Assembly (NCBI GenBank): GCA_965215505.1
Contig: OZ244065.1
Coordinates: forward strand, 3,552,001 to 3,616,000
DNA: 64,000 bases
From: Capsulimonadaceae bacterium
Lineage (GTDB): Bacteria > Armatimonadota > Armatimonadia > Armatimonadales > Capsulimonadaceae
Reading direction: 5' to 3'
Shown here: positions 1 to 9,672 of the stretch, piece by piece
Layout: each line of letters starts with the position of its first letter
Position numbering within the stretch: the stretch's first letter is position 1
Translations under genes and position numbers: made by a program
Notes under the pieces: generated by a model
Told to the model about the DNA's origin: nothing
Database searches by the model: none
The model's input: the letters and a program-made list of their open reading frames with translations, nothing else

Positions 1-319
1 TGATCCCGAAGAGTGGGGCACGGCGCACGAGGACAAAACAAGCGGCGGCGCTCAACGCGGCGTACACGCAGAACTCAAACCGCGCCTTCAGCACACTCCC
101 CGAAGGCCGAGAAACGAGGTCGCCAACAATACCAACGGCGACGATCACCAGGAATGTGCCTATCAGGCCCGCCGCCAAGCCCAGGCTGAGGTCCAGCCAG
201 GCGTAAGGCGTCAGCGTCCTAAACCGGGCAGGCTCGCTCCTGACGGGAGGAACCACCTGCGGCGCGGGCGGCCAGACAAGGCCGGGCGTCTCCGGGTCAG
301 GGCAGTCTGTGTCACTCAT
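1..319 (-). CDS. Partial (runs off window) small membrane protein of the same WPPxP family as 23044-23933
   Basis: Not in ORF track. Manual translation MSDTDCPDPETPGLVWPPAPQVVPPVRSEPARFRTLTPYAWLDLSLGLAAGLIGTFLVIVAVGIVG...FVLVRRAPLFGI; ATG overlaps the stop of the upstream ORF. Confidence 0.7.
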   Translation of the reverse strand, partial: MSDTDCPDPETPGLVWPPAPQVVPPVRSEPARFRTLTPYAWLDLSLGLAAGLIGTFLVIVAVGIVGDLVSRPSGSVLKARFEFCVYAALSAAACFVLVRRAPLFGI

Positions 320-488
320 TCTCCTGCCTTATCTTGTAGAGCGCCTGCATCGCCATCTCCAGGGTCACCCCATTGCGCGTCAGTATCTCCCGCATCTCGT
401 TGAAGTTCTCGTCAAGCCGTGTGGGGGGATACTCCGCCTCCCAAGGTTCGGGGGTGCTGCCGACGTCCGCCGTTTGCTTCTTGGTCAT
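312..488 (-). CDS. Small 58-aa hypothetical protein
   Basis: Manual translation MTKKQTADVGSTPEPWEAEYPPTRLDENFNEMREILTRNGVTLEMAMQALYKIRQENE; AGGAG upstream; ATGAGTGA coupling to the next gene. Confidence 0.6.
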   Translation of the reverse strand: MTKKQTADVGSTPEPWEAEYPPTRLDENFNEMREILTRNGVTLEMAMQALYKIRQENE

Positions 489-600
489 GGGCGCTCTCCT
501 GTCTTGTCTCGCTCACAGTTCTCGCTCACAGTGTACCCGGTAGGCCGGGCGCGGGGTGCCGGTGAGGTCACGCAGGTTGGGCGAGAGGTGTGCGCGGCGT

Positions 601-695
601 GACCCCGGCCCTGAAGGGCCGGGTCATAATGGCCGCCGCGCCGGGGCCGACACGCCGCGCGCAGGAAGCAGAGGGCGGGGGGACCCCGCCCCTAC
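601..695. repeat. TGAA-loop hairpin (601-625) plus GTAG-type REP palindrome (673-695)
   Basis: GACCCCGGCCC-TGAA-GGGCCGGGTC and GGGCGGGGGGACCCCGCCCCTAC; both recur across the window. Confidence 0.8.
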
Positions 696-728
696 ACGGC
701 CCGTGGTGACCCGCGCGTAGTCGCCCGC

Positions 729-2801
729 TCACCCCGCCCCGAAGAACACGCACTTGCCGCCCGGCGCGTCGAACGTCACGTCCACCCGCGCCAGGCCCCC
801 GGCGGCCGCCCGCACCGTGACGCCGGGCATGGCCCAGGTCTTGAGGTCGGCGGGAACGTGCGTCAGGTAGGTGTAGGTCCCGCGCGCCCCGGCGAAGACG
901 GACACGACGCCTCTGCCGGTGGCCGGGTCTATCTTCTCGTACACCTCGGGGCTGCCGCCGACCATCCCCGTCCGGCGGAGGGTCGCCCGCGTGATGTCGT
1001 CGCGGACCGACTTGTAGGCCGCCAATGCCGCGCCGAAGCGGGCGATGCCATCCTCGGAAACGCGCAGCAGGTCGCCCCAGAGGCCGTTCTGGCCCAGGAC
1101 GAGCGAGGCGATGTTGAGTTCCTGGCTGCTTTGCGGGTCGTCAGGCAGATAGTGGGTCAGGAACAGGACGCTAGGCACCCACTTGTCGTAGGGCAAGGGC
1201 GTCCGGCAGACCCAGGCGCGGGCGGGACCGGGGAAGAAGAACAGGTTGACGTTGCCGTCGGCGGGCGGCTTCAGGTCGTAATTGTTGTTGTACGGGCCGT
1301 TGTTAATCAGGAAGTATTTGCCCGCCGACAGGAAGCCCAGGCCGACCGAGCGGCCCCCCTCGGTGATGTCAAAGTCTACAATCGCCTCGGGGCAGGCCGC
1401 GCACAGCCTGTCCACGACGCGGGCCATGTAACCGGCCTGCTGGAAGGCGTAGGAGTCCGCCCGCTCCCGCTCGGTGTTCTGGGCCGTGCCGTGGAAGTGG
1501 CCGGGGGCATCGCACCCGTACTGGCCGACGGCGTCCCACTTGAAGTAGGTCACGCCTACCTCGCGAGTCAGGCGGATCAGCTCATCGGCAAAGGCCTCCC
1601 AGTAGCGGGAAACCAGGCACAGGCCCTGGCTGGCTTCGGTCTCCCAAACCTCGTGGGGGTCATGGGGCATGCCGTGCGACGTCATCAGGCAGTCTTCGTG
1701 ATCCGACCGCATGTTGCTGGACACGGCGGCGACGGTCGGGTTGAACCACAGGCCCAGCTTCATGCCGTGGCCTTCCAGCGTCCTGCGGATGCCCGCCAGC
1801 CCGTCGGGGAACCGGGCGCGGTTCACCTGCCAGTCGCCCGTCTTCTCGTACCAGCCGGTGTCCAGGACGAAGACGTCTATGCCCATGCGGTGCGCCACCT
1901 CGATCTCGGCTTCAACGTGGTCCTGCCGCATGGACTCTAAATAGGGGTTGCCGTGCCACCAGCGGTTCCGCTCCTGGAAGTTCCAGGTGTTGTAGAAGAT
2001 GTAGGGCTTGCGCGACTCGGCGTTCCGCGTGACATGGCGCAGCAGGAAATCCCGGTAGGCGCGGGCCAGGTCGTCTTCGGTCCCCGCGACGGCCCCGACG
2101 TGCATCCAGAGCGTTTGGTAGCCATCGGCAGGCTCCCCGTCACAGTAGTTGCCTTTGACCGCGCGCAGGGAGACGGCCCTGTCCGGGCCAAGATGGTAGC
2201 GCAGGAAGGCGTCGGGCGACTGCGACCCGTGTTCATAGGCCAGCAGCAATGCGTGGCTGTCCGAGGCCCCGACGAGGATCGGCCCCAGCGCGGTCAGGCC
2301 CTCGGCGAACTGGGCGGGTTCGATGTCGCGCTCCGCCAGGCAGTAGGAATGCACCTGCTCGTTGAACTCCGCCAGCCGCACCTCGGTGACAGTGGGCAGG
2401 ACGCCGAACGAGGTCCGAAGATAGGTCAGGCTGTCCGCCCCGCCGGTCTTGGTCAGACGCCGTTCCTGCCCGCCGCCAAGCTCATACCGGAAGCGCACGA
2501 CCGGGCCGTCCGGGGGCACCTGCCAGACGACAGCCAGCGTCAGGCCGGGTTCGCCGGCGACCGCCCCCCGCCACCGGTGTTCGGCAACCCCGTTCGTAAG
2601 GGTCCGCGCCGCGCCCTCGGGCCGGAACCCTTCCACTGCCGCCGTCACCGCCCGGCCGTCCATCTCGAAGACGGGCGGGGCGAACTCGAAGGTCTCCCCC
2701 GTGGCGGCGACGCCGTAGGCCCAGAGGACGTCCGGCGTCGCGCCCGGCGCAACCGTCAGCAGGTCGGTGGTGAGCCTCACGGGCACAGGGGGGGTAGTCA
2801 T
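729..2801 (-). CDS. Alpha-galactosidase-like glycoside hydrolase (GH36/melibiase)
   Basis: YNTWN, FVLDTGWY, GDWQVNRARFPDGL, GMKLGLWFNP, GVTYFKWD motifs. Confidence 0.85.
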   Translation of the reverse strand: MTTPPVPVRLTTDLLTVAPGATPDVLWAYGVAATGETFEFAPPVFEMDGRAVTAAVEGFRPEGAARTLTNGVAEHRWRGAVAGEPGLTLAVVWQVPPDGPVVRFRYELGGGQERRLTKTGGADSLTYLRTSFGVLPTVTEVRLAEFNEQVHSYCLAERDIEPAQFAEGLTALGPILVGASDSHALLLAYEHGSQSPDAFLRYHLGPDRAVSLRAVKGNYCDGEPADGYQTLWMHVGAVAGTEDDLARAYRDFLLRHVTRNAESRKPYIFYNTWNFQERNRWWHGNPYLESMRQDHVEAEIEVAHRMGIDVFVLDTGWYEKTGDWQVNRARFPDGLAGIRRTLEGHGMKLGLWFNPTVAAVSSNMRSDHEDCLMTSHGMPHDPHEVWETEASQGLCLVSRYWEAFADELIRLTREVGVTYFKWDAVGQYGCDAPGHFHGTAQNTERERADSYAFQQAGYMARVVDRLCAACPEAIVDFDITEGGRSVGLGFLSAGKYFLINNGPYNNNYDLKPPADGNVNLFFFPGPARAWVCRTPLPYDKWVPSVLFLTHYLPDDPQSSQELNIASLVLGQNGLWGDLLRVSEDGIARFGAALAAYKSVRDDITRATLRRTGMVGGSPEVYEKIDPATGRGVVSVFAGARGTYTYLTHVPADLKTWAMPGVTVRAAAGGLARVDVTFDAPGGKCVFFGAG

Positions 2802-2861
2802 GGGGTCGCTATTCGCGACGGCGGGCGCGGGTTCCTGCGCGGAGCGGGGGCGCAGAAGCGC

Positions 2862-3779
2862 CTAGCGCACTTGAAACGTCGTGCCGTTGAGGGCGGACCG
2901 GACGGCCCCCCCCAGCCGGATTCTCTGGGCGCGCGGGAGGCGCCGCTTGAGCGCTCGCAGGGGCCACCGGTCGGTGAGGGCGCTCATTGTCCGGCAGCGG
3001 GCATTGGCTTGTCGGAGCCGGCGCACGGCCTCGGTAAATCCAGCCCCCTCCCGGGCGCATTGCTCCTCAAAACGGGCGGCGGCGAAGGCATACAATTCCT
3101 GGTCCCATTCGTTCTGCCGCTGAATGACTCCCATCACGTCCTCTGGCACCTGGGTCCGGTCGAGGCGGTTTGCGCCGACGTTCTCCTTCACATAATACGG
3201 CAAGCCCCAGCCGAACCTCCGTTGCAGCAGCACCACGGTTTCCTCAAAACGCTCCGTCAGACCGGCGACCGCGAATCGCGCGGTTAGGTTGCGCTTGGCC
3301 TGCTCGAAGGCCGCGCGATTGCAGACGTCCGCGTCGGTCGCCGCTGCCCCCGCCAGCATCCGCGTCTGCCAGTTGTCCCGCTCGCCGAAGCCCAGCCGGA
3401 GGTAATCGCTCAGGGCCAAGTCCGGCCCCTCCCAGGCCCAGGGATGGCACGAAGGGTCGCCGCCCTGGAGTTCGCGAAGCACATGGCAGTAGTGGGACAG
3501 GACCCGCTCGACGGGGTCGCGGAGGAGGGTGATGTAGGTCGCCGGCTGAGAAAAGTATTGGTGGCCCCCGAACGGCAAATGCCCCAGGAGCAGGCGCGCG
3601 TCACGACGCTGCTGCGGGGTCAAGCCGGCCAGTCGCGAATAGCCGTCCGCATGGAGCGTGGCGTGCGTCAAATGCTGGTCCCTAAGAATGCCAGCCAGGG
3701 TGGTCCCGGCCGTCTTGGGGATGTGCAGGAAGATCAGCAGAGTGTCTTGGGGAGCCGCCGGTTTGATCTCAGTATACAT
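2862..3779 (-). CDS. Sulfotransferase family 2 protein
   Basis: FLHIPKTAGTT (5'-PSB) and TLLRDPVERVLSHY (3'-PB) motifs. Confidence 0.85.
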   Translation of the reverse strand: MYTEIKPAAPQDTLLIFLHIPKTAGTTLAGILRDQHLTHATLHADGYSRLAGLTPQQRRDARLLLGHLPFGGHQYFSQPATYITLLRDPVERVLSHYCHVLRELQGGDPSCHPWAWEGPDLALSDYLRLGFGERDNWQTRMLAGAAATDADVCNRAAFEQAKRNLTARFAVAGLTERFEETVVLLQRRFGWGLPYYVKENVGANRLDRTQVPEDVMGVIQRQNEWDQELYAFAAARFEEQCAREGAGFTEAVRRLRQANARCRTMSALTDRWPLRALKRRLPRAQRIRLGGAVRSALNGTTFQVR

Positions 3780-4016
3780 CGGAAAGTCTTTCTAGGCTGT
3801 CGTCGCAAGAATGCAGGCCAGGATGCAGGCCAGGATGCGAGCAAGAATCAACGCTTCGTTTCCTGCCCTGGTAGACGGGGAGGGCAAAGAATGGTTCAAA
3901 TTTCAGGGCGAATTATTAACACACGGTAAACAAACCCCCGGCGTCACGTCCACAACAGAGCGAGTGTGTCTCCAGAAGATGAAATATTAATGAGAAGGGG
4001 AACGGGAAAGGGGAGT

Positions 4017-4106
4017 CTGGAAGAAGACCCGGCGCTGGAAGAAGACCCGGCGCTGGAAGAAGACCCGGCGCTGGAAGAAGACCCGGCGCTGGAAGAAGAC
4101 CCGGCG
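4017..4106. repeat. Tandem repeat 18 bp x5 (CTGGAAGAAGACCCGGCG)
   Basis: Five perfect copies, no spacers. Confidence 0.95.
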
Positions 4107-4220
4107 GTCAGGGGACCGGCGCCGGGTCCCTCTTCCCCGGTCCGTCCCGAAGCAGGAATCTCCCCCGTGGCTGAGGAACAAGGATAGCAAAGACGGTTGG
4201 TGAAGAAAGAAGGTAGCCCG

Positions 4221-6809
4221 ATGCGCCGCTCGTTCTTGCTGCTGACCTGCGCTCTGGCCCTGACCATTTGGGGCGGCCCCGTCCGCGCGCAGGCTACCCC
4301 CGCCCCGCGCCCGACACTCGCGCGGGCTTTGGCCGCCCTCGAACCCCCCAAGCAAGACCTCTTCCTCACCGTCGGCGCGGACAAGATTGAACTGCCCCCG
4401 GACCCCCCGCCCGCCGAACCCTCCGACCGGCCCGGCGCGGTGGGCGGGACTTACGGACGGCTGGCCCGCGACTTCGGCGGCGTCACGGCCCTGGCCCCGC
4501 CGACGATGGCGGTGCTGAACACCCGCCCCGGCATCCCCGATCCCTACGACGGGATGCCGCCCGGCGACGCCCTCACGCTGCTGCTGGCGGGCCTGAACCC
4601 GGTGCAGTGGGCGGCGATCACGGGGGAGAACGGCTTGGGGATGGGGGACCTGACCGACGACGCCCAGCGCGGCCAGTTCCGGGCCGTCCTGCCGTCTCAG
4701 GACCTGACGGTGACCCGCGAATATAATCCCCGCGTCCATGTCCCATATTTTGAGCCGGTGACGCTGGCCGCACAGGACTTGGACACCGCCGCGCGCCTGC
4801 GCCTGGGCCAGCAGGTGACGATTGACGTCCCGCTGGCGGGGCCGGGGGGCGGCGGCGGAACCTACATCATTCCGCCCCTCTCCGCCGGGGCCACCTATGA
4901 TGCCGAGCCTGCCCCCAGCACCGTTCCTGGCCCGATCTATGGGGCGGTCCTGCGCCGCGTCCTGACTAACACCCCCAAGGACGCCGACCTGGATTATAAC
5001 GCCCCTGCCTTGAAACACAGCCTCCGGGTGGACGGCCTCCTGACGGTCGGGGACCTGGTCGCCCGCGTCGGGCGGGCGGTGGGGCTGGAGCTGTACGCCG
5101 ACCGGCGCTACGAGACGCGCCCCGTGACGCTGGTCGGACGCCGGACGGCGCGCGCCGTGGACCTGCTGCGGGCGACGGCGTTCTGCGTCACGGGCACGTT
5201 CCGCCGGGTCGGCCCGGCCTACGTCCTGACCGACGACTTGGAGGGCACGGCCACACGCCGTCAGCGGCTTGGCCGGTTCTTGCAGGAGGGCCGGCTCAAG
5301 GGCGAGGCCGGCCTGGGAGCGGCGCAAGACAGCCTGGCGGCGGCGCACGGCGGCACGGACGCGCTGCCCTGGCTTGGCGGGGCCGGCTTCAGCGACGCGC
5401 AATGGGCGCTGCCCGGACTCAGAGGGATGGGGGGGCACGCGCTGGTGACGTTCGCCCAGCTCACGCCCGCCCAGCAGGACCTCGTGCTGGGCCTCGGCAG
5501 CGTGGACAGGAACAAGCCGTTCAAGCTCTACGCGCGGACGCACGTTGTTCTGCTGTCCCCCGCCGCCCCTGGGCCGGTCGTCCTCGGCTACCTGTCGCCG
5601 TGGTTCGGGCCTTCGATCGGGTCCTGGATGAGGGCGGACTGGCAGCGAAGGAGGGCATCCGCCCTGAAGTATGTGCCCCCCCTTAACCCCCCGCCGCCGC
5701 CCCCCCTGGCGCACTTCCCGGCCGCCATCCCGCGCCGCGCGCTCCTCGCCGCCCCCAAAACGGCGCGCGCGCTGGACGCCGTCATCGCGGGGATGAGGAC
5801 TTCGGGATTCAACCAACTCTGGCTGGAGGTGTTCGTAGGAGGCCACCCGCGCCTGGACATCTTGACCGAGGCCTTGGCACGGACCAGGGGGACGGGCATC
5901 AGCGTCATCCCCACCCTGGACCTGCTCCGGTGGGACAAAGACGCGCCCGCCGGGGCGCTCGACCGAACCGTGCTGGGGGAGACCTCCGGCGAGCAGCAGG
6001 CCTGGCAGCGGGCCTGGAGTCAGGATTACACGAGGGCCAGCGCGGAGATGCCCGTCAAGCCGTCCCCCCAGGACTCGCCCGTCGAGGTGTGGGCCAACCC
6101 CGCCGCCCCCGCCACGGAGGCGATCCTGCTCGCCCTAGTGCGGAGTCTGGCGGCCACGCCCGGCGTCACGACCCTGGCCGTGCGTGACACGGTTCCTTTC
6201 GGCTACATCCACCTGGCCGGCTCCGGCGTCGGGGGGGCCGACCTGGGCTACGTCCCCGCCCTGCGCCTGGCCCTCCTGCGCCGCGACCATTTAGACCCGC
6301 TGGACCTGGACTGGGCGACCGCGACCGGGGGCAGTACGGACACGTCCCTGCCGCTGTTCGACGACCCCGTGAACATCCCGGCGCTCGGTCAGGTGGAGCA
6401 GGACTGGGGCCACCTGCGGGACGGGGCGAGCCGCGACCTGCTGCGTCACCTGCTGGCGGCGGCCCAGGACACGGGCGGGAGGCGGTTCCGGTTCCTGGTC
6501 CGGCAGCGGTGTGATCTGAGCCGGTACGCCTGGTACGGCCTCTGGGAAAGTCCGCAGGCCCCTCTGCCCGAGGTGCCCGTCACCGCAGTCGGCGTCCCGA
6601 GCCTGCCCTGGGAAACGGATTACGCGCCGGTCGCGCACTCCCAATGCCGGGTCAACCTGATCGTCTCCGGCATCGGGGATTTGAATCCGTATGCCCCAGC
6701 CGACGCGCTCCAGAAGCTGAGTGCGGGCTGGGACGGCCTGGTGCTGGACGCGACCGCCCCCTGGGAGGAGGCTTGGCTCGCGTACTATGGGTGGGGCGTG
6801 AAGCGGTAG
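4221..6809 (+). CDS. Large secreted hypothetical protein, paralog A (STN-like middle segment, C-terminal glycoside-hydrolase-like barrel)
   Basis: Signal peptide MRRSFLLLTCALALTIWGGPVRA; TVGDLVARVGRAVGLELYAD; GFNQLWLEVF; strong similarity to the next gene. Confidence 0.75.
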   Translation: MRRSFLLLTCALALTIWGGPVRAQATPAPRPTLARALAALEPPKQDLFLTVGADKIELPPDPPPAEPSDRPGAVGGTYGRLARDFGGVTALAPPTMAVLNTRPGIPDPYDGMPPGDALTLLLAGLNPVQWAAITGENGLGMGDLTDDAQRGQFRAVLPSQDLTVTREYNPRVHVPYFEPVTLAAQDLDTAARLRLGQQVTIDVPLAGPGGGGGTYIIPPLSAGATYDAEPAPSTVPGPIYGAVLRRVLTNTPKDADLDYNAPALKHSLRVDGLLTVGDLVARVGRAVGLELYADRRYETRPVTLVGRRTARAVDLLRATAFCVTGTFRRVGPAYVLTDDLEGTATRRQRLGRFLQEGRLKGEAGLGAAQDSLAAAHGGTDALPWLGGAGFSDAQWALPGLRGMGGHALVTFAQLTPAQQDLVLGLGSVDRNKPFKLYARTHVVLLSPAAPGPVVLGYLSPWFGPSIGSWMRADWQRRRASALKYVPPLNPPPPPPLAHFPAAIPRRALLAAPKTARALDAVIAGMRTSGFNQLWLEVFVGGHPRLDILTEALARTRGTGISVIPTLDLLRWDKDAPAGALDRTVLGETSGEQQAWQRAWSQDYTRASAEMPVKPSPQDSPVEVWANPAAPATEAILLALVRSLAATPGVTTLAVRDTVPFGYIHLAGSGVGGADLGYVPALRLALLRRDHLDPLDLDWATATGGSTDTSLPLFDDPVNIPALGQVEQDWGHLRDGASRDLLRHLLAAAQDTGGRRFRFLVRQRCDLSRYAWYGLWESPQAPLPEVPVTAVGVPSLPWETDYAPVAHSQCRVNLIVSGIGDLNPYAPADALQKLSAGWDGLVLDATAPWEEAWLAYYGWGVKR

Positions 6810-6873
6810 GGGAACAACAACGGCGGGAACGGGGGTAGAGAAGGCGATGGACGAAGAGAAAAGAAGACGCTCG

Positions 6874-9591
6874 ATGCGCCCCACGCCCCGCCTTGCCCGC
6901 CGCCGCTGTGTCCGCCGCCTGCTCCTCTGCCTCCCGGCCCTCGCGCTCCTCGGCGGGGCGAGCGGGGCGCAGGAGAAGAGCCAGCCCTCCTTCCTGTCCC
7001 AGCAGGAGACGCTCCCGTCCCGACTGGACGGGTTCTCGTTCGCCGCCCCGCGCCCCACGTTCGCGGGGGCTTTGGCCGCCCTCGAACAGCCCAAACAGGA
7101 CCTCTTTTTGACCGTCGGCGCGGACAAGGTCACGCTCCCCCCGGACGCCACGCCCGCAGACCCTTCCGACCGGCCCGGCGCGGTGGGCGAGGCTTACGGG
7201 CGCATGGCCCGCGACTTCGGCGGCGTCACGGCCCTGGCCCCGCCGCCGATGGCGGTGCTGAACACCCGCCCCGGCGTCCCCGACCCTTACGACGGGATGC
7301 CCGCCGCGGAGGCCTTCAAGGTGCTGGCGGCGGGCCTGAACCCGGTGCAGTGGGCGGCGCTGACCGGTCCCAACGGTTTGGGCCTGTCGGACCTGGACGC
7401 TGCCCAGCGCGGCCTGTTCCGGGCGGTCCTGCCGACCGGGGATGTGCAGGGATACCCCCAGGGCCGTTCCTTCATCCCCACGCCCGCCTGGCAATCGGTG
7501 ACGCTGACCGCGCGGGACATGGACGGCGCGCGCCTGCGCTGGGGCCGGCAAATGGAGATGGATGTCTCGGTGGTGGGGCAGGCGGGGACGAGCGGGAGCT
7601 ACCGCCCCTTCTCCGTCCCCGGCGAGAGCGGTTACGACGCAAACTTCGCGCCGGTCGCCCACCGGGAGACGGTCTACGGGGCGGTCCTGCGCGAAACCCT
7701 GACCAACAGCCCCAAAGACGCCGATCTGGACTATGAAGCCCCGGCCTTGAAGCAGAGCCTCCGGGCGGACGGCATCCTGACGGTCGGGGACCTTGTCGCC
7801 CGCGTCGGGCGGGCGGCGGGGCTGGAGCTGTACGCCGACCGGCGCTATGAGACGCTCCCCGTCACGCTCCTCGGACGGCGGACGGCGCGCGCCGTGGACC
7901 TCTTGCGGGCGACGGCGTTCTGCGTCACCGGCACGTTCCGCCGGGTCGGCCCGGCCTACGTCCTGACCGACGACTTGGAGGGCACGGCCACCCGCCGTCA
8001 GCGGCTGGTCCGGTTCGCGCAGCAGGCCGAGATCATGCGCCACGCGGCCGTGGAAAAGGCCGGGGACGACCTGGCGACGGCGCGCGGCGGCATGGACGGG
8101 ATGCCCTGGCTGGGCGGGCTGGGCTTCAGTGAGGCGCAGAAGGCGCTGCCCCAGTTCACCGATTCACTGTGGGGTGCCATGACCGTCTCCTTCGCCCAGC
8201 TCACACCCGCGCAGCAGGAGTTCGTGCTGGATCAGGCCCGGCAGGTCGCCGCCGGCAGCAACCGGCTGGACATGAGCGGGCGGTTCATGCTCCGCACAGC
8301 GCCGCACCTGCTGCTGCTGTCCCCGACTGCGCCGGGGCCTTTCTTCCTTGAGTACCTCAACCCCGTCCAGTTCCTCCAGCCCTCGATTAATTTCCAGATG
8401 GAGGAGATCAGGCGGCAGGCGGTGGCAGCCGCGAAGAAGGGACCCGCCGCCGCACCCCCTCCCGCCGCGCCTCCCCCTCCCGCCGCCGCACCCCCTCCCG
8501 CCGCGCCGCCCCGCCTGGTGTCCCTGCTGAGGTCCTACCCCCGCCGCGCGTTCCTCGCCGCCCCCCGGACGGCGGCCGAGCTGGACCGCGTGCTTTCCGG
8601 CATGAAGGCGCTGGGGCTGAACCAGCTCTGGCTGGAGGTGTTCGTGGGCGGTCACCCGCGCCTGGACCTCTTGACCGAGGCTTTGGCACGGACCAGGGGG
8701 ACGGGCATCAGCGTCATTCCCACCCTGGACCCGCTCCGCTGGGGGAAGGATGCGCCCGCCGAGGCGCGCGACTTGACCACGCTGGGGGAGACATCCGGCC
8801 AGGCGGAGGCGTGGGAGGCGCGCTACTACAATTCCGTCATGAACGCCTCGAACGTGGGCTACAGGCCGCCCGCCGTCGTCTGGGCCTGCCCCGCCTCGCC
8901 GGTTGTGGAGGGGACGCTGACCGCCCTGGTGCGGCATCTGGCCGCGACGCCGGGCGTCACGACGCTGGCCCTGCGCGGGACGGTCCCGCCGGGCTATAAC
9001 GACCCGCCCCGGCCCATCACCGACGGCACCGAGCTGGGCTACGTCCCCGCCCAACGCCTCGCCTTCCTGCGCCGCGACCATGTGGACCCGCTGGATTTGG
9101 ATGTGAACTACCCTCTGGCGGGGGCCGACCTCACCCTGCCTGACTTCGGCAGCTCATACGCGACCGGCAGCGCCCCGCAGGACTGGGTCCGCCTGCGGGA
9201 CGCGGCGAGCCGCGACCTGCTGCGTCACCTGCTGGCGGCGGCCCAGGAGGCGGGCGGGGGTCGGTTCCGGTTCCTGGTCCAGCAGCGGGGGCAGGCGGAG
9301 GCGGGCTGGTACGGGCTGTGGGAGGACCCACAGGCTCCTCTGCCCCAGGTGCCCGCCGTCCTGCCAGGCCGGGACCCCGCGCCGCCCCTCTCGGAGAGGG
9401 ATTACGCGCCGGCCGCCCGCTCCCAGTGCCGGATCAACCTGTATGCGCTCCCCGCCTGGGCCGCGTCGTTCCCCGACCTCCGCGCCGGAGACACGGACAT
9501 GCTCCCGTCGCTGAAACCCGGCTGGGACGGCATGGTGCTGGAAGCAGACACCGACCAACTGGCGGCCCTGGCACGGACCGTGAAGCGGTAG
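6874..9591 (+). CDS. Large secreted hypothetical protein, paralog B
   Basis: Signal peptide; near-identical blocks to 4221-6809; alternative start 6847. Confidence 0.75.
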   Translation: MRPTPRLARRRCVRRLLLCLPALALLGGASGAQEKSQPSFLSQQETLPSRLDGFSFAAPRPTFAGALAALEQPKQDLFLTVGADKVTLPPDATPADPSDRPGAVGEAYGRMARDFGGVTALAPPPMAVLNTRPGVPDPYDGMPAAEAFKVLAAGLNPVQWAALTGPNGLGLSDLDAAQRGLFRAVLPTGDVQGYPQGRSFIPTPAWQSVTLTARDMDGARLRWGRQMEMDVSVVGQAGTSGSYRPFSVPGESGYDANFAPVAHRETVYGAVLRETLTNSPKDADLDYEAPALKQSLRADGILTVGDLVARVGRAAGLELYADRRYETLPVTLLGRRTARAVDLLRATAFCVTGTFRRVGPAYVLTDDLEGTATRRQRLVRFAQQAEIMRHAAVEKAGDDLATARGGMDGMPWLGGLGFSEAQKALPQFTDSLWGAMTVSFAQLTPAQQEFVLDQARQVAAGSNRLDMSGRFMLRTAPHLLLLSPTAPGPFFLEYLNPVQFLQPSINFQMEEIRRQAVAAAKKGPAAAPPPAAPPPPAAAPPPAAPPRLVSLLRSYPRRAFLAAPRTAAELDRVLSGMKALGLNQLWLEVFVGGHPRLDLLTEALARTRGTGISVIPTLDPLRWGKDAPAEARDLTTLGETSGQAEAWEARYYNSVMNASNVGYRPPAVVWACPASPVVEGTLTALVRHLAATPGVTTLALRGTVPPGYNDPPRPITDGTELGYVPAQRLAFLRRDHVDPLDLDVNYPLAGADLTLPDFGSSYATGSAPQDWVRLRDAASRDLLRHLLAAAQEAGGGRFRFLVQQRGQAEAGWYGLWEDPQAPLPQVPAVLPGRDPAPPLSERDYAPAARSQCRINLYALPAWAASFPDLRAGDTDMLPSLKPGWDGMVLEADTDQLAALARTVKR

Positions 9592-9618
9592 GGACAGGAA
9601 GGGCGCGGCGGCAGACGA

Positions 9619-9642
9619 GGGCGCGATGAATCGCGCCCCTAC
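9619..9642. repeat. GTAG-type REP palindrome (GGGCGCGATGAATCGCGCCCCTAC)
   Basis: Related copies at 13597-13620, 32433-32456 and 35690-35713. Confidence 0.8.
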
Positions 9643-9672
9643 GCAGGGGAACCGGCATCTCAATGCCGGCTC

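Noticed and set aside
4221-9591. Diversity-generating retroelement behind the paralog variation
   Set aside because: No reverse transcriptase in the window, and the differences are block-wise rather than adenine-specific.
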